Part shown: in pieces, positions 1 through 12,719 of the stretch
Layout of the letters: each line of letters starts with the position of its first letter
Position numbering within the stretch: position 1 is the stretch's first letter
Origin: Takakia lepidozioides
Taxonomy: Eukaryota; Plantae; Bryophyta
Direction: 5' to 3'
NCBI GenBank assembly: GCA_030704615.1
Contig: CM060733.1
Location: 17,918,001 to 17,982,000 of the forward strand
DNA: 64,000 nt
Program-made: the position numbers and the translations under genes
The notes under the pieces: model-generated
The model's input: the letters and a program-made list of their open reading frames with translations, nothing else
Databases searched by the model: none
Told to the model about the DNA's origin: nothing

Positions 1-700
1 AGCCACCTCGTACGCCTCATTCATTCGGCGTTGACATATTATAGCATCTTCCAGTTCGGACAACAACAAATGTCTCCCAATCGGTTGTCGCCGGTCGGTC
101 ATACAATTCGTTCTCCTCCGGCACCCATGGAACCTGTGGGAGCCGGATAAACTTGGACCTTCTTTGACTCCAATGCCCTCCCAGATTGCGGCAAAATTAC
201 TCTCTCTCCCACCAATCTCGAATGCCTCCCGCACGTATGATTATCTCCTAGTCAGATGTGACCCAAAAAATAATGGGAATCTTTGATTTATGTCGGGTTT
301 CCGGCATGTATGCCATGCATCTCTCTGTCTGCATCCCATACCAAGTTCTTGTCCCCAATGCACACAATTCAGAAATGTGAATGGTAGCACATCCAATGGG
401 AGGTTGTGTCGATTGTATTCAAAACCTATGGGGCATCCGTTCCTCCAAGCCCACCAGCTCATAGAAACGACGATGGATTGGTGTACGTCATTCTGGGCAA
501 GCGCTCATCCGCATGGCTTGCGGGATAAGACATGTGAGATGGAACATATGTCCACATGATCCAAGCACATGACAACCCTCTGGGCCGTATGGATTCCTAC
601 AAATCGAACAAACTATGTCATCTGATATCCATGACGGCAAAACGCGTCATGGTATCTCCTCTTTCTGGGCCGGTTTGATGTGGCTGGTCATCCTTGTTGT
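1..700 (-). pseudogene. Degraded ORF of unknown function (possible second cargo ORF)
   Basis: The frame of ORF 241..462 stays readable on both sides through isolated stops (RRYHDAFCRHGYQMT*FVRF...MSWWAWRNGCP...RR*SYVREAFEIGG). No family recognised. Confidence 0.3.
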
Positions 701-766
701 GATGTCCCACTCTTCATCTATCTCCAATTCCCAGTTTATGCTTCTGTTCGACCCCGAGATTCTGTG

Positions 767-1960
767 CTAACATCGATCGAACATAGAATCTACATCTGCC
801 CAATTGGTATACCCGACGAACACGCTTGATGCGATGCGGAGATCGTTATACCTTTGCAAGTTGGCATAAATGCTATCTACGCTACGGTTCGACATGCGTG
901 CGACACGTTGCAAGCCTGACAGTGCCCGCTCTACCCGTGCTTCTCTGGAGGCCAAATGGCTCACCCAATTCTCCCAATCGCCATTCAATGGGACCCCTGC
1001 CGGAATCTCTAACGTTTTGGACAAGCGCCATGCAGTTGCCATGACAATGTCTCGTTCCTTTCTAACGCGGTCGACATCTAATATCGGATTTATCTCGGAT
1101 TGAATGACGACCCTCGAGCATTCCCCGGTTTCCAGTACTGGTTCTTTAACTTTCCTCCTTCTCTCATCCGCAATTCGTTGTTCCTCAACCATGGTTTCAT
1201 CGGCCACAGGGTCAAGGATATCCGTAATTTCGTGAATGATGAGGTCAATACTGTGATCGGGCATCGCAAACTCCGCGTCCATGTCCACGACGTTTGTTTG
1301 ATCCTCATTGTGGACAACAATGCCTTCATTGTTTGGAGACATGTCTTGCAATCTAGTTTCCAACTTGGCTATGCGCAGTGTTTGCCAATCTAGTCGGTCC
1401 TGTAGGGTCCTGATTCGCTGGTCTCTTTCCACCAGTTGGTCCTCTAACGTTGCAGTCGGTTGTATTCCGAACGTGTCCAGGATGTACTCCAAATCGTATA
1501 GCAACCTTGCGTTCATCCTACTAGCAGTTTGCCAATTCACTGGACGCAAGAGTATGACCTCCACGTACAATATGGCTGCCAAGGTGTACGGGATTTGGCC
1601 CTTTAAGAGAGGTTGACCCCACAATGTGCAATGCACCTCATTCGGAAATGCAAGTTCGTGCAAGACCTGGACTCTGCGTAATTGTTTCAGGTTTGCACGT
1701 CATGCCTATCCAAATGCCACAATCGATTGATGTGGATTTCATGAATTTTTTGCATCTCGCCATCGGCCACCTGAACTCTTCCGGAACATCCTCCCAGCCA
1801 TCTTCTACTAGTATGCTAGGTCACCATATACTTCCCAATTCAAGTCTTGCCTTGACCCTTTGATTTTCTTAGGGGGCGGTCCATGTTCATTGGGGTCATC
1901 TCTTCCATGACACTCATCGTCCTGGCCCTCTGCCATTTTGCAACAATCGGAGCAACACTA
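767..1960 (-). CDS. Transposon-associated protein of unknown function (coiled-coil segment; 5' part frameshifted)
   Basis: 298-aa ORF 767..1663 with a heptad-like stretch (LEDQLVERDQRIRTLQDRLDWQTLRIAKLETRLQD). An upstream frame from ATG ~1936 (MAEGQDDECH...) is a candidate 5' part. A TATA-like motif sits at ~2077-2082 on the minus strand. Confidence 0.5.
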
Positions 1961-2129
1961 AACGAGGTTTACTAATAAGTCCCTTCTGCACGTGACTACG
2001 TGTCGTGGAATAATGAAATGCCACGCACACGTAAGTTGTGTGGAGAGGAAGTGAGGGAGAATAAGCCTCCCTTGGCTTATATGCCCTCCCTCTCATTCAT
2101 CGGGCCACGTGTAGGGCAAACCTTCTAGA

Positions 2130-3560
2130 AGTGACCGCCAACTTGGCGGTCGCTCCATTTTCCGGAAAAATAAAAAAACTGCGACCGCCAGAACTGGCGG
2201 TCGCTCCAATTTCCGTAATTAAAAAAAAAAAAAAAACGACAGCCAGAACTTGCGGTCGCTCCATTTTCCGAAAATAAAATAAATAAGCCATTTACAGAGA
2301 CATTAAGAATTGAAGCGACCGCCAGTAATAGCGGTCGATTAATTTTCAAAACAATTAAAATAAAAGCGACCGCCAGTCATGGCGGTCGCCCCATTTCCAA
2401 CAAAAATTTAATAAAAGCGACCGCCAGTAGTGGCGGTCGCTGGATTTACAAAAAAAAAAACAGCGGCGACTGCCCATAATGGCGGTCGCTCGATTTTCCT
2501 CCAAAAAACAGAGAAGCGACCGCCAGTAATGGCAGTCGCTTCATTTAATTTAAAAAATAAATAAAAGCGACTGCGGTCGCTCCATTTCCAACCAAATTTA
2601 AATAAAAGCGACGACCGCCCCTAATGGCGGTCGCTCGTTTTTCCTCCAAAAAACAAAAAAACGATCGCCAGTAATGGCGGTCGCTTCATTTCTAAAATAA
2701 TTAAAATAAAAGCGACCGCCAATAATGGCGGTCGCTTCATTTCTAAAATAATTAAAATAAAAGCGACCGCCAGTAATGGCGGTCGCTTCATTTCCAAAAT
2801 AATTAAAATAAAAGCGACCGCCATTTCCCCCCCCCCCCCCTACCCCTCCTCATTCCTCGCTCCACGCGTAGGACAGACCTCGTAGAAACGACTGACACCT
2901 TCGCGGTCGCTCCCTAAAAAAAAAACGACCGCCAATAATGGCGGTCGCCCCATTTTCAAAAGTAAAAAAATAAAAGCGACCGCCAATAATGGTGGTCGTT
3001 GCATTTAAAAAAATAACCATTACAGCGACCGCCAGAAATGGCGGTCAGTGCATTTTGTAAAAATAAAAACTGTAGAAGTGAGGGGAGACTGACTGGGAGC
3101 TTATATGGCCCCCCCCCGCCTCATTCCTCATTCCACGCGCAGGGCAGACCTCGTAGGAGCGACCGCCACCTTGACAATCGCTCCATTTAAAAACAAAAAA
3201 AAAAGACTGCCACAAATGGCGGTCGCTCCATTTCGCAAAAAAATAATAAAAAATGACCGCCAGTAATGGCGGTCGCTGCATTTTAAAAAAGAACAATTAC
3301 AACGACCCCCAATAATGGCGGCTCCATTTAAAAATCCCAAAAACACGACCGCAAAATATGACGGTCGATCCATTTTCCAAAATTAAAAAAACAAACGACC
3401 GCCACTATTGGCGGTCGCTGGATTTTCAGAAAAAATAGAAATTAAAGCGACCGCTAGTAATTTTACGAAGAAACAAAAGACGATCGCTATTACATTGCGT
3501 TCACTGTATTTATAAAGAATAAAAAACAAATGCGACCGCCAGTGATGCCGGTCGCTGCAT
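2130..3560. repeat. Array of palindromic GCGACCGCC-N3-6-GGCGGTCGC units separated by A-rich spacers (internal array)
   Basis: More than 20 visible units, e.g. gcgaccgccagtaatggcggtcgc, with ~55-60 bp periodicity. Confidence 0.95.
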
Positions 3561-3829
3561 TAAAATGAAAATGAATATAGAGTTGGAAGCATGACACAAT
3601 TGTTCTCCATTCCACAAGCAAATCACCGAACACAAACATGAGCAAGTGACGGTACCTTTGGCCGACATTTTGGCTGGTATACACATGAGCAACATCTTTT
3701 ATTTTCCAACAAATACACAACAACAATACAAATACTCATAGTGACAATGATTACACTGATATACTTCACTACAGAAATGTAAACATGTCCACTAAAATGT
3801 GCTGATGCATGCCTACAGTTGTTTTGCTT

Positions 3830-6800
3830 CAATTTCTTCTACTGCTTCGACGGCGGGACGAAGAAGATCCTAATCCTAGTGCTCCGATGGGTTGAAAATC
3901 CGGGTCACCCTCGACTTCACCACCATTGCCATGATCAATGTTGGAATCGTCCTCCCTATCCGACCTTATATGTCCAGGCCTTTGAATCTGCAAACGACCT
4001 CGAACCACATTTAGTTCTCTCTGAGGTCGACTCCCTCTCCGGTCTTGAATACCATCCACGATATCTGGCCTGTTTGTGGGCCAATCGCCTATAAAATGTT
4101 GGACTGTTCTCTGTCATTTATGGACTTGGGACGCAATCGAAGGTGGTCTCGAAAGAGGTACTGGAGGGGGGTCTGCTCGAGATGGTGGACCGACATTAGA
4201 TGATCGGCATGTGAGGAACCACGGGTCTGCTACGCAACACGTCGGTAAAGGTGGAATTGTAGTGGCAGGTTGTCATCATCCGAGGCTTCAACTTCCGCCC
4301 GGTCCAATGCGGCAGAAAGATGCATGCGTGTGGAAAACAGATCAACCCTGTTGCTCCTTAATGCCCACTGTGTTGATGGGGAGCTTGATCGGTTTTGGCA
4401 TTGTTGTGGAGCTGGTCGTATCGGTGAGGCATGATCATGTCCCGTCGACTGTACAATGGGTTCGACACCATCGTTTGTATGAACAGGGTTGCGTACGTCA
4501 CTCAGTCCTGGATGTTCATCACCCCTAAGCTCTATTGGTGCACTACCGGTGGCTTCAGCGTGTAGTGGGGGGCGAGGGTCGACCCCAACTTCATTTTGAG
4601 GACCATGTTCTGGGGATGACACAATTGTAGCTTCACCTTCATCTGCGATACGCACTTCTTCAAGAAGGTCATCAAAGGTCGGCTGGATATAAGCATCATC
4701 ATCTGTGAATGTAAACGGGTCATACGCATTTTCGAGAGCATCATCGGATCCATCTTCACTATCGGAGGCAGATGATTCCATCTGAGATGATTCTCTCTGA
4801 GGCTCAGTATCGTCACTCATCGAATCTACCTCAGAAGCAAAGTCTTCAGAATGCAAATTCCTCTCATATCATGCTGCAGCATCATCCGCTGTCCTCTCAC
4901 GTAGCAGTCGGCAATTGATATACATATACACCAATTTGTCAGCCCTCACGGGATTCAACCTGTTGTGAATCTTGTTGTGAACAAATGAATAACTGCTCCA
5001 ATTGCGTTCGCAAGATGAGGCAGAGCACACTTGAGCAAGAATATGCTTCGCAATGGGAGCCAATGTTCTTACTCCAGCTCCAATCAGATCCCACCATTCA
5101 TGTGGCAACATATTGAGCTATTTTGGATCCGGCATGTCCTCAAAAGGGTCGCGGCGATCTGAGAAGCATCGGATATAGCTCTCTCTGTCATGTTCGGCGG
5201 AGCCAGTCGCATGAGCACTCGCACGAGGCTGACCTTGGCATCAGCGTCGTCTTGGAGCATGGTATTGTCGAGTAAGAATGGATTGAGCAAAGCCCCCGCA
5301 TAATGCAAGTCCGTTCGAACCATCGAACGACAGTCGTAAAATGCATCATCATCATTGTCTGCAAGTTCAGGTTCCAAGGAGAATGGAGGATGCCTCAAGG
5401 ATTGGACATGCTTCTCAAGATTTTGCATTAGTAACCATGCCTTGCCCATTACTGGTTGTTTTTCATCAAACTCCCGTAAGACGATTAACACCGGCTCTAC
5501 CATTTAAACAAAGTTTTCACATTTCTTCCAGAAATTATGGCTGCGAATGCTATTTCGAACTTTTTGACTTTTGCCCATGACTTGGCTTTTATGGAGTCCC
5601 GCAATGTCCGTGTATACGCATCCTATTGAGGATCAATGATGGCGTGCTCCAGACTGCTCTTCACCGTCACCAACCGATCCACCATCAAGAAGTTAGTGGC
5701 AAAACGAGTTTCGTCTGGATTGCGGAGGCTGTATTTGGGTTCGTGTCTCTTATATATTGCCAAAGGGATGTGGTGTATGCGGATGAATGACACAACAGTC
5801 TTCGCTCGCTTGACAAGTTGTTTCATCCATTTTTCTTTTCCCCAATCTATTAAAAGAAGGTCAAGGATATGAGCAGCACAACCTTGATAGTACATATGAG
5901 GATAACATGTCAACAACATGTCTGCAGTGTTTCTCATGTTAACGGCATTGTCTGTGCATATTTGTATGATTCTATCATTTCCGACCTGTTCGATGAAGTC
6001 CGTCAATAGTTGGCATTGATAACATCCATATTTCTTCTCGCCGCTAGTGTCGACCGATCCCAAGAATTGTTCCCCAGCAAGACATACGAGCATGACATTG
6101 AATAACGGTCTATTTGTAACAGAACTCCAACCATCGGCACATATAGTGCTTCCATATTTTTTTGATGCATTCGCCCGTCCTGTCGTTGACCTTTTGGATA
6201 AGCTCGGTCATGACGTCTTCTAGCAATCCTGTACAGAGATTGTGATAAGTCGGAGGTACGTATGTCGATCTGGACTCTGAGGTTGCTCTAACGGTAGAAA
6301 CAAATGTCGGAAGCCTTGCCATATTAAGTGATATGTTGGCCTCGAAGAAAAACTGTGCCCATTTTTTATCCAACTGTCTTTTTGCAGACAAGTTAAGACC
6401 TTCCTACATAGATTGCTGCCATAATCATCTACTCCGTTGAAGTGTAGGGGTACAAGGAGGTGTCGAAGCAGGTGTTGCTTCGGCACGACCCACTTGTCCA
6501 ATGACACCTTAAGCCTTACAAGAGTCGCCCTGGTAACTAATCGGGGCATCCTGACGGGAAGATGAAGTGTTATACTCAGAGGTCATGTCCAGATCCAGAG
6601 ACATTGGAATATTGCCTCCACACTGGCCAAAGTGGTTTTTTACCCGCATAGATGATTTAGGGCATAAACCCACCCCAGCGTTCTTCACACCTTTATAGCC
6701 GAGGTGAGCGAGCAACCGATCCTTACGATAAAAAAGCTTTAATCCACATAGGTTGCACTCAACACTACCAGTGACATTGTCAGTATTCGGGATTGCCGTA

Positions 6801-6840
6801 TACCAAGGGCTCCATTCCTCCCTCATCTTTACCCAATATC
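3830..6840 (-). pseudogene. hAT-superfamily transposase (BED zinc finger, DUF659, hAT dimerisation domain, acidic C-terminal tail), inactivated
   Basis: BED finger VECNLC...LLAHLG...C (6509..6826). Conserved blocks: WAQFFFEANIS; ADGWSSVTNRPL (~6100-6145); QICTDNA; CAAHILDLLL; TRFATNF; WWDLIG..LAPIAKHILAQVCSASSCERNWS (4869..5111). Multiple stops and frameshifts. Confidence 0.92.
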
Positions 6841-7244
6841 TACTCCCCTGGGCCCTAGCGATGTAAGCAACAAAAAACAGTCACCTATAAATGAACGTGT
6901 TGTGAGTGTAGAGTGCAATGCGATAGCCCAACACTTCTACACCTGTCAACACCCAAGTGGGTTGATGTGGGTTGTAGTGTTGAGCTTATACACAATCTGT
7001 TGAAGTGGCTTTGGTGGAAGTCACAACGGCAAAAGATGCGCTCCCTCCTCTTGGGCTACACTCTCGTTCAATGGAAGAGAACATCCAAAGCAACCTCAAG
7101 TGTTTGCGCCAAAAAAAGTGAGGAGCTTGGTGACCCTCCTCCCTTATATATGATCCAAGAAGGATTAAAGTGAAATGAATAAATGACGAACCAATAGCGC
7201 CCACCCGAAAAAGGCTGTACAACCATATTCGTTACAATTTTGAA

Positions 7245-8210
7245 ATTAAGCGACCGTTAATATTACGGTCGTTATTTTTATTTTTTACGAAAAACAAGCG
7301 ACCGCCACTATTGCGGTCGCTTTTATTTCCTTTGATTTTGTGCAATATTGCGGTCACTTCTATTTTGTATATTTTTAAATTTAAGCGACCGCCCGTATGG
7401 CGGTCACTACTTTTTTTATTTCAAAATATAATGCGACTGCCGGTATGGCGGTCGCTTCATTTGTTAATATATTTAAAATAAAGCGACCGCCAATATGGTG
7501 GTCACTTTTATTTTTAATATTCTTAAAAAAATGCGACCCACAGTAAGGTGGTCACTTTTAATCTTTATATTTTCAAGTTTAAGCGACCTCCAGGCTGACG
7601 GTCGCTTAAACTTAATATATATTTTAAAATTGACGCGACCGCCGGTTTGATGGTCGCAAATATTGTATTGTTTTAAAACAAACGACCACCTGTGTGGCGG
7701 TCGCTTTTATTTTCATATGTCGCTTGTTTTTTTTAATATAATTTTAAATTTACTGACCGCCATATGGTGGTCGTTTGTTTTTCTATATATATTCTAAATT
7801 AAACGACCGCCCAATGGCGGTCTTATTGTTTTTTTTTTTTTTTTTTTTTGAAATTATCCGACCGTCGTATAGCGGTCGCTTGTTCTGTACATATTTACAA
7901 AATTGTGCGACCGCCAATACGGCAGTCGCTTGTTTTCTTTTTTAAATTAGGCGACCGCCAATGCGACCAATCTTGTTTTAAAAAAAAATTAGATTGAAGC
8001 GACCACCAAGATAACGGTCGCTATTTCTTTTTTAATTCAAAAAATAAAGCGACTACCAGTGCGACCGCCAATCTTGTTTTTTTTTAAAAATAAATTGAAG
8101 TGACCGCCAATTATGGCGGTCGCTATTTCTTTTTTAATTTCGAAAAACAAAGCGACCGCCACGCGATCGCACAATTTTGTTAGTTTTCAAAATGTATTTG
8201 CTACCGCCAC
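7245..8210. repeat. Subterminal array of the same GCGACCGCC/GGCGGTCGC palindromic motif
   Basis: About 18 units with T-rich spacers upstream of the transposase, mirroring the A-rich spacers of the 2130-3560 array. Confidence 0.93.
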
Positions 8211-8350
8211 CGTGTCGACAACGTGGCTGCTTAAGTGACAGTATTTTACCTGGTACTATTTTTACCAAAATATTCCCCGAATGAGGTCCCGTTAGCGTCA
8301 GGTCTGACGTGACCTGACTCTGATGGACGGACGTGACGCTGATAACCGGG

Positions 8351-9090
8351 ATCTTAACTAACTAAGGAACAAACTTTAGTCTCGCCAAACTGTGAAGGTT
8401 GAGAACATGACTGAACGTAAACAATATATCAGATTAGAGGTACAAGATCAGATAAGAAGTCAAGGTCGGCGTGGCCGAATGCATGATGGGTAAACATGAA
8501 TTAAGATGATCTTTATAACAATGGACAAAAATACAAGATACTGGAACTCGATTCGAATACTAGAATGCTGGGGACCCATGGCCGACTGGTGATCCAGGAG
8601 CTGTCCAGAAAGCACACAGGTCTCATGTCTCTTGGGTTGTCTGGAAACTGGACTGGGGTATCAGATACTGGAAACTGGACTAGAATACTGAAAACTGAAC
8701 TGGAAAACTGAGACTGGGAACAATAGTAGCTAGAACTTGTGTTGGCGAGACTAAAGAGTGTCCAGTCTCGCCTCCCATATATACTGGCTACTAGGAAGTT
8801 TTCTAAGAAGCTTCCCCAATGGAGGTTTCTTGATGAAGAAGTTTTCAAGTTAAAACGAAGGTTTTTTTATGGAGAAGTTTCCTTAAACAAATGAGGTATC
8901 TTGATGGAGAAGTTTCATAAAAAGGAAGGTTTTTGAGCAGTTTCCAAGTTACTCTCGATAATTTGGTAAACTTCCGATAACTTGATAACTAATGGTAACT
9001 CATGATAAATCATGATAACTTTTAGTAACCTGGTAACTTGATAACTTCTGGTATTTATTCTTCGTAAGTTCTTCTGGGCTGTCCGTGACA
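8351..9090 (-). mobile_element. Ty3/Gypsy (Tcn1-like) LTR plus leader, truncated at the gag start
   Basis: Reverse complement of 51233-51771. On the minus strand the LTR runs TGTCACGG (9090) to CCTTCACA (8391), followed by leader GTTTGGCGAGACT...TTAAGAT, which matches the sequence preceding the gag ATG at 51770. Confidence 0.85.
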
Positions 9091-9525
9091 GCTACAAGAA
9101 CACTTCACAAAGCCAAACCAAAAACTCTGATACCATGTAGAAAAATAAGCCTAGGACCTGTAAAATTGCTTGTGAATAGAAGCTCACCACCCAACCTTAG
9201 AACCACCACAAGCTAGAGTGTGTCATAAAACAACCAGTATGTGGTTCACCCGAGCCTCTTATATAGTTCTAGCTAGGCTAAAAAGCAATCTATAAAGGAC
9301 TTGCTTTACTATTTCTATATACAAAGTAGTCCCAACAATGGACTTACTTTTTTTCATATATACAAATAGTCCCACAATGGACTTACTTTTTCCTGTAAAA
9401 GCATCTCCAAACTTAGAGTTACTTTTAATGTGTCTATCCTTGTTTAGTCAAGTTATAAATCTGTCTATCCCTGTTTAGTCAAGTTGTAGATTCGTTCGTT
9501 GAATATGGAGCTACTTATTCCAACA
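9091..9525 (-). mobile_element. LTR with tRNA-iMet primer-binding site (probably Ty1/Copia 5' LTR)
   Basis: The minus strand reads TGTTGGAATAAG (9525)...CTTATTTTTCTACA (9136), immediately followed by TGGTATCAGAG (9135-9125). Confidence 0.8.
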
Positions 9526-10710
9526 CAGGAAACCAGAAGCAAAGGATTCGATCTTCCATCCCTGCAACAGAGATCAGCCAATGCGTGACAACAAAGAAAG
9601 CAACTTTGGAAGAGCCCGAGTTAAGCCAAACTAGGAGCTGCCTCATGTTGACAAGGTTGGAGGAAAGAGAGATCCACGATGTTACACGTATGAATCACCT
9701 GGCGAGCAGAGGACCGGAATGGAGGCAAGCCATGGCCGTGTTGTCAGGCTTTCAGGGTCCCAACCTGCAGTCATTCTCTTAGTGGAGAGGGAAGCCTGGG
9801 CCACCGCAGGGGGGATGAGGGCCCTATCTTCCCAAAGATGGAAGAAATTTGAGATACCAGCAGATTCCCAGAAAGCCCAGCGGTGTATGCACTTAACCAA
9901 AGGCTCTGAATCCCGATTGTAGTTACCGAAAAGAGGTTGCCTTAAGGTTTCCTCCATGGTGCGAGGCATAGTTTGATATAGGTGCTCCCGATAGAGAACC
10001 AGGCCTGCCAGATAGATTTCCAGGCCCCAGAGCCAGATGATGCTGAGGAATTGGAGGTCCCCCCTTGTACAATCCATCTGAGGGAGGGAGTCCACAATTC
10101 TGGGCAGGCTTTCAGGAGATGGTGGCGTACCAGGAGGCTCCAAGGAGACAGAAAATGTTTAAACACCCTAGGAACCCATTTTGCAAGCAAAGAACGGATT
10201 TGCGAAAGAGGGTCAGGCCTCCATTCCGTTTCTTTTGTGTTGGTTGCTTCCAGCTGACCAGTGCCCGCCGAGATACACCAGGTGAAGAAGCTCCCCAGAT
10301 GAAATTGCGAACCAAAGCCTTGATCTTGTTTACTGTGGCAGGTCCAGGAAACCATACCGCAGAATTGAACCACCGTGAAGCCAGCAAAACTTGGTTAACA
10401 ATTAGGGCTTTACCCGCAATGGAGAGGTGAACTGAGCACCGGTGTGTAAGCTTTTTCTTCAGGCTGGCAATGATTCCTTCGGCACGCTGCGAATCAGTAA
10501 GGTCGTGGCCAATTAAGTGTCCCAGCAGGACATGAGATTGTCCATCTTGCAACCAAGAGAGACCCCAGATCTCACCCCAATTGGGACAATGGGAAGCAGC
10601 AGCTGAATCCTTCAACTTGGATTTTATCCCTTGCGCTTTTGGCCAGTTAATATTGAGTCCAGAAGCATTACAGAAGTCTGAGAGGGTAGCTAAGGTGCGG
10701 TCCACATTGG
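9526..10710 (-). mobile_element. LINE (L1/Tx1-like) ORF2 fragment, RT C-terminal region
   Basis: FCNASGLNINWPK...LSIAGKALIVNQVLLASRWF...VRNFIWG...ALVSW, homologous to the other LINE ORF2 copies in the window. Confidence 0.9.
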
Positions 10711-12719
10711 AGCTCGAAGGGGAGGCGTGCTCGAACCCTTATTTGAAATCTATTACATGTAGAGCCCGATACCATTGAGGGGGGGAGGAAAATGACAGAT
10801 GCAGAAAGATCAGAGTCCGAAGCGCATATCTAGAGAGAAGCTGATCTAGCACATTAAAGCCAAGTGGCCCTATATAGATGGAGTTAGCAAAGACTGTTAT
10901 AAGGTCTTGTCTGCAACAGATATGCAGTCATGATTATTTGCACCCTCAAGGCAATGCTCGATGCATGTTCGAATCGAAATCGTTTTCGATCCAGTGTTTA
11001 GTGTAAGGTACTTGCTCATATGCATGCATGCAGTAGTCATCGGGGAGACTAATGTAAGTCGAATGAGTGAGGTGGGATAGGTGGATTTGAGAGAGCAGAC
11101 CTGTAGAGAAATTATGCAAGACAATATAAGCTGTAGAGCAATTTAATTGATAGGTGACTATGCAATGCACTTCCTAGAACAACATTATAGCAAGCATTGT
11201 GTTACAAGTCATAGGGCGGGGCAGTAGCCGCAAGGCGAAGTGGCTCTTAGTTACGCAGGCTTCGGCCGGAGTCTTCTGTCTCCCTCTCTTACAAGTCAAA
11301 ATATGCTGTCAAGTATTGTCCTTCCCTTTGCCACCCTTGTCGGATGTCTGGAGCTGGTGTACTAGTATTTCTGCAAGTTGGGATATTTTGCTATATGACT
11401 TCAACGATGTTGGTTGTGGTGAAAATCTGTATTGACATATATGACCCCTAGAGCTGGAGGTTTATGTGTTGAAGGTGATCATGAATTCATCTTTGTTCGG
11501 CAACTACCATTTCAATATGGGGTGCTGGGTCTTGTGACACTACGCCCTCTGTAGGGTGTGCACGCCTCTGGAATATTGGGCACCACCTTCATGTGTTCTT
11601 TGTGATCACATTGTTCTTTCACGACTAATCGTGAATGTATTTGTCAGCTGGAAAGTCTAGTGGCTTCTCAGTGTTTGTTGCCAAAATTTCAGGTCATTTG
11701 AGTCCAGGACCTATGGTCTTTCTCATGTACAGGGCAAACCCTCGGACCACACGAACCCGCCGTGGTTACTCCCTTGCGCTTGCCCTTGTCACCTTGCAGT
11801 TGCCCCGCTAAACTCTGCCCAGACATATATATAGTGCTCATCTCCGAGTTACTTAGACTGAGGCGTAGGAAGAGAAAGATTATTTTAAAGATTTTTCCAT
11901 GTCGTGTAACAGCTGAGACAGAAACATCTAAGGGGTCCTTGAATAGCACAAGATTTACATGTCACAAATTGTTCTAGATCTTTTGGACCATAACATGTCA
12001 GGATCCCATGCTAGCTTTTTATGTACGTACTTTTGTAAGAAGTGGAAATGTGCAAAAAGAACTGCAGACCTACAAATCCACAGGAGGCCATTTTTGTAGG
12101 AGATTTATACTATGATATATCCATGGTTTACGGGTTTGGGTACTAGTAAAGATCAAAATTTGAAAATAGTAAATTCACAGATTCAAGTGTTGAGCTACTA
12201 CAAAGGGATGCGCCTGAAATGGCTTCAAGATTCTCTTACTTTGAATTCAAGACCAAGAGGAGTCATATGCACACAATATCCTTTATTGCAAGATTGTCTT
12301 AAGATATTTCTTAAAAGTACATGAGCATCTACAGCATTCAAGTGGTCACCAAACCGGCCCTTGAAGCTTCAGAAACAGATTTCAAACAAATCATTTTCAG
12401 GATTGTAAGGGCTACATTACAAATTATATCTTTCAGAGAAAGAAGATCATGCTGTAGTCTTCCTAACAACAAGCCACTTCAGCTTTCAGCTCCTCCGCAT
12501 GTCAGGGATGGGCCCTAACTTATAACTAACTGTATATGTGCGGGGTTGGCGTTGTTCAAATTTTTATTTGATGGTAAATAATAATGAGAGACGGATCACA
12601 GCTTAGCGTACATTATGCCAGTAGATAAAATCAATGTAACGTATGATACTTCAGATTGATAGGATCCCGGCCGTGGTATCACCTCAGAGGTAGCGGATAC
12701 ATTTGCATAAGATTAGAGC

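Larger units (their letters stand above)
1..8278 (-). mobile_element. Large DNA transposon with hAT (BED + DUF659 + dimerisation) transposase, extra ORFs and CG-rich palindromic arrays; left end outside window
   Basis: Degraded transposase at ~3830-6840 is flanked on both sides by arrays of the same GCGACCGCC..GGCGGTCGC motif. Further minus-strand ORFs lie at 1-1960. The array stops at ~8210 and a terminus-like sequence ends at 8278. Confidence 0.7.

Noticed and set aside
2130-8210. Regularly spaced palindromic repeats resembling a CRISPR array or bacterial REP elements
   Set aside because: Spacers are low-complexity A/T runs, there are no cas genes, the context is eukaryotic, and the arrays flank a transposase.
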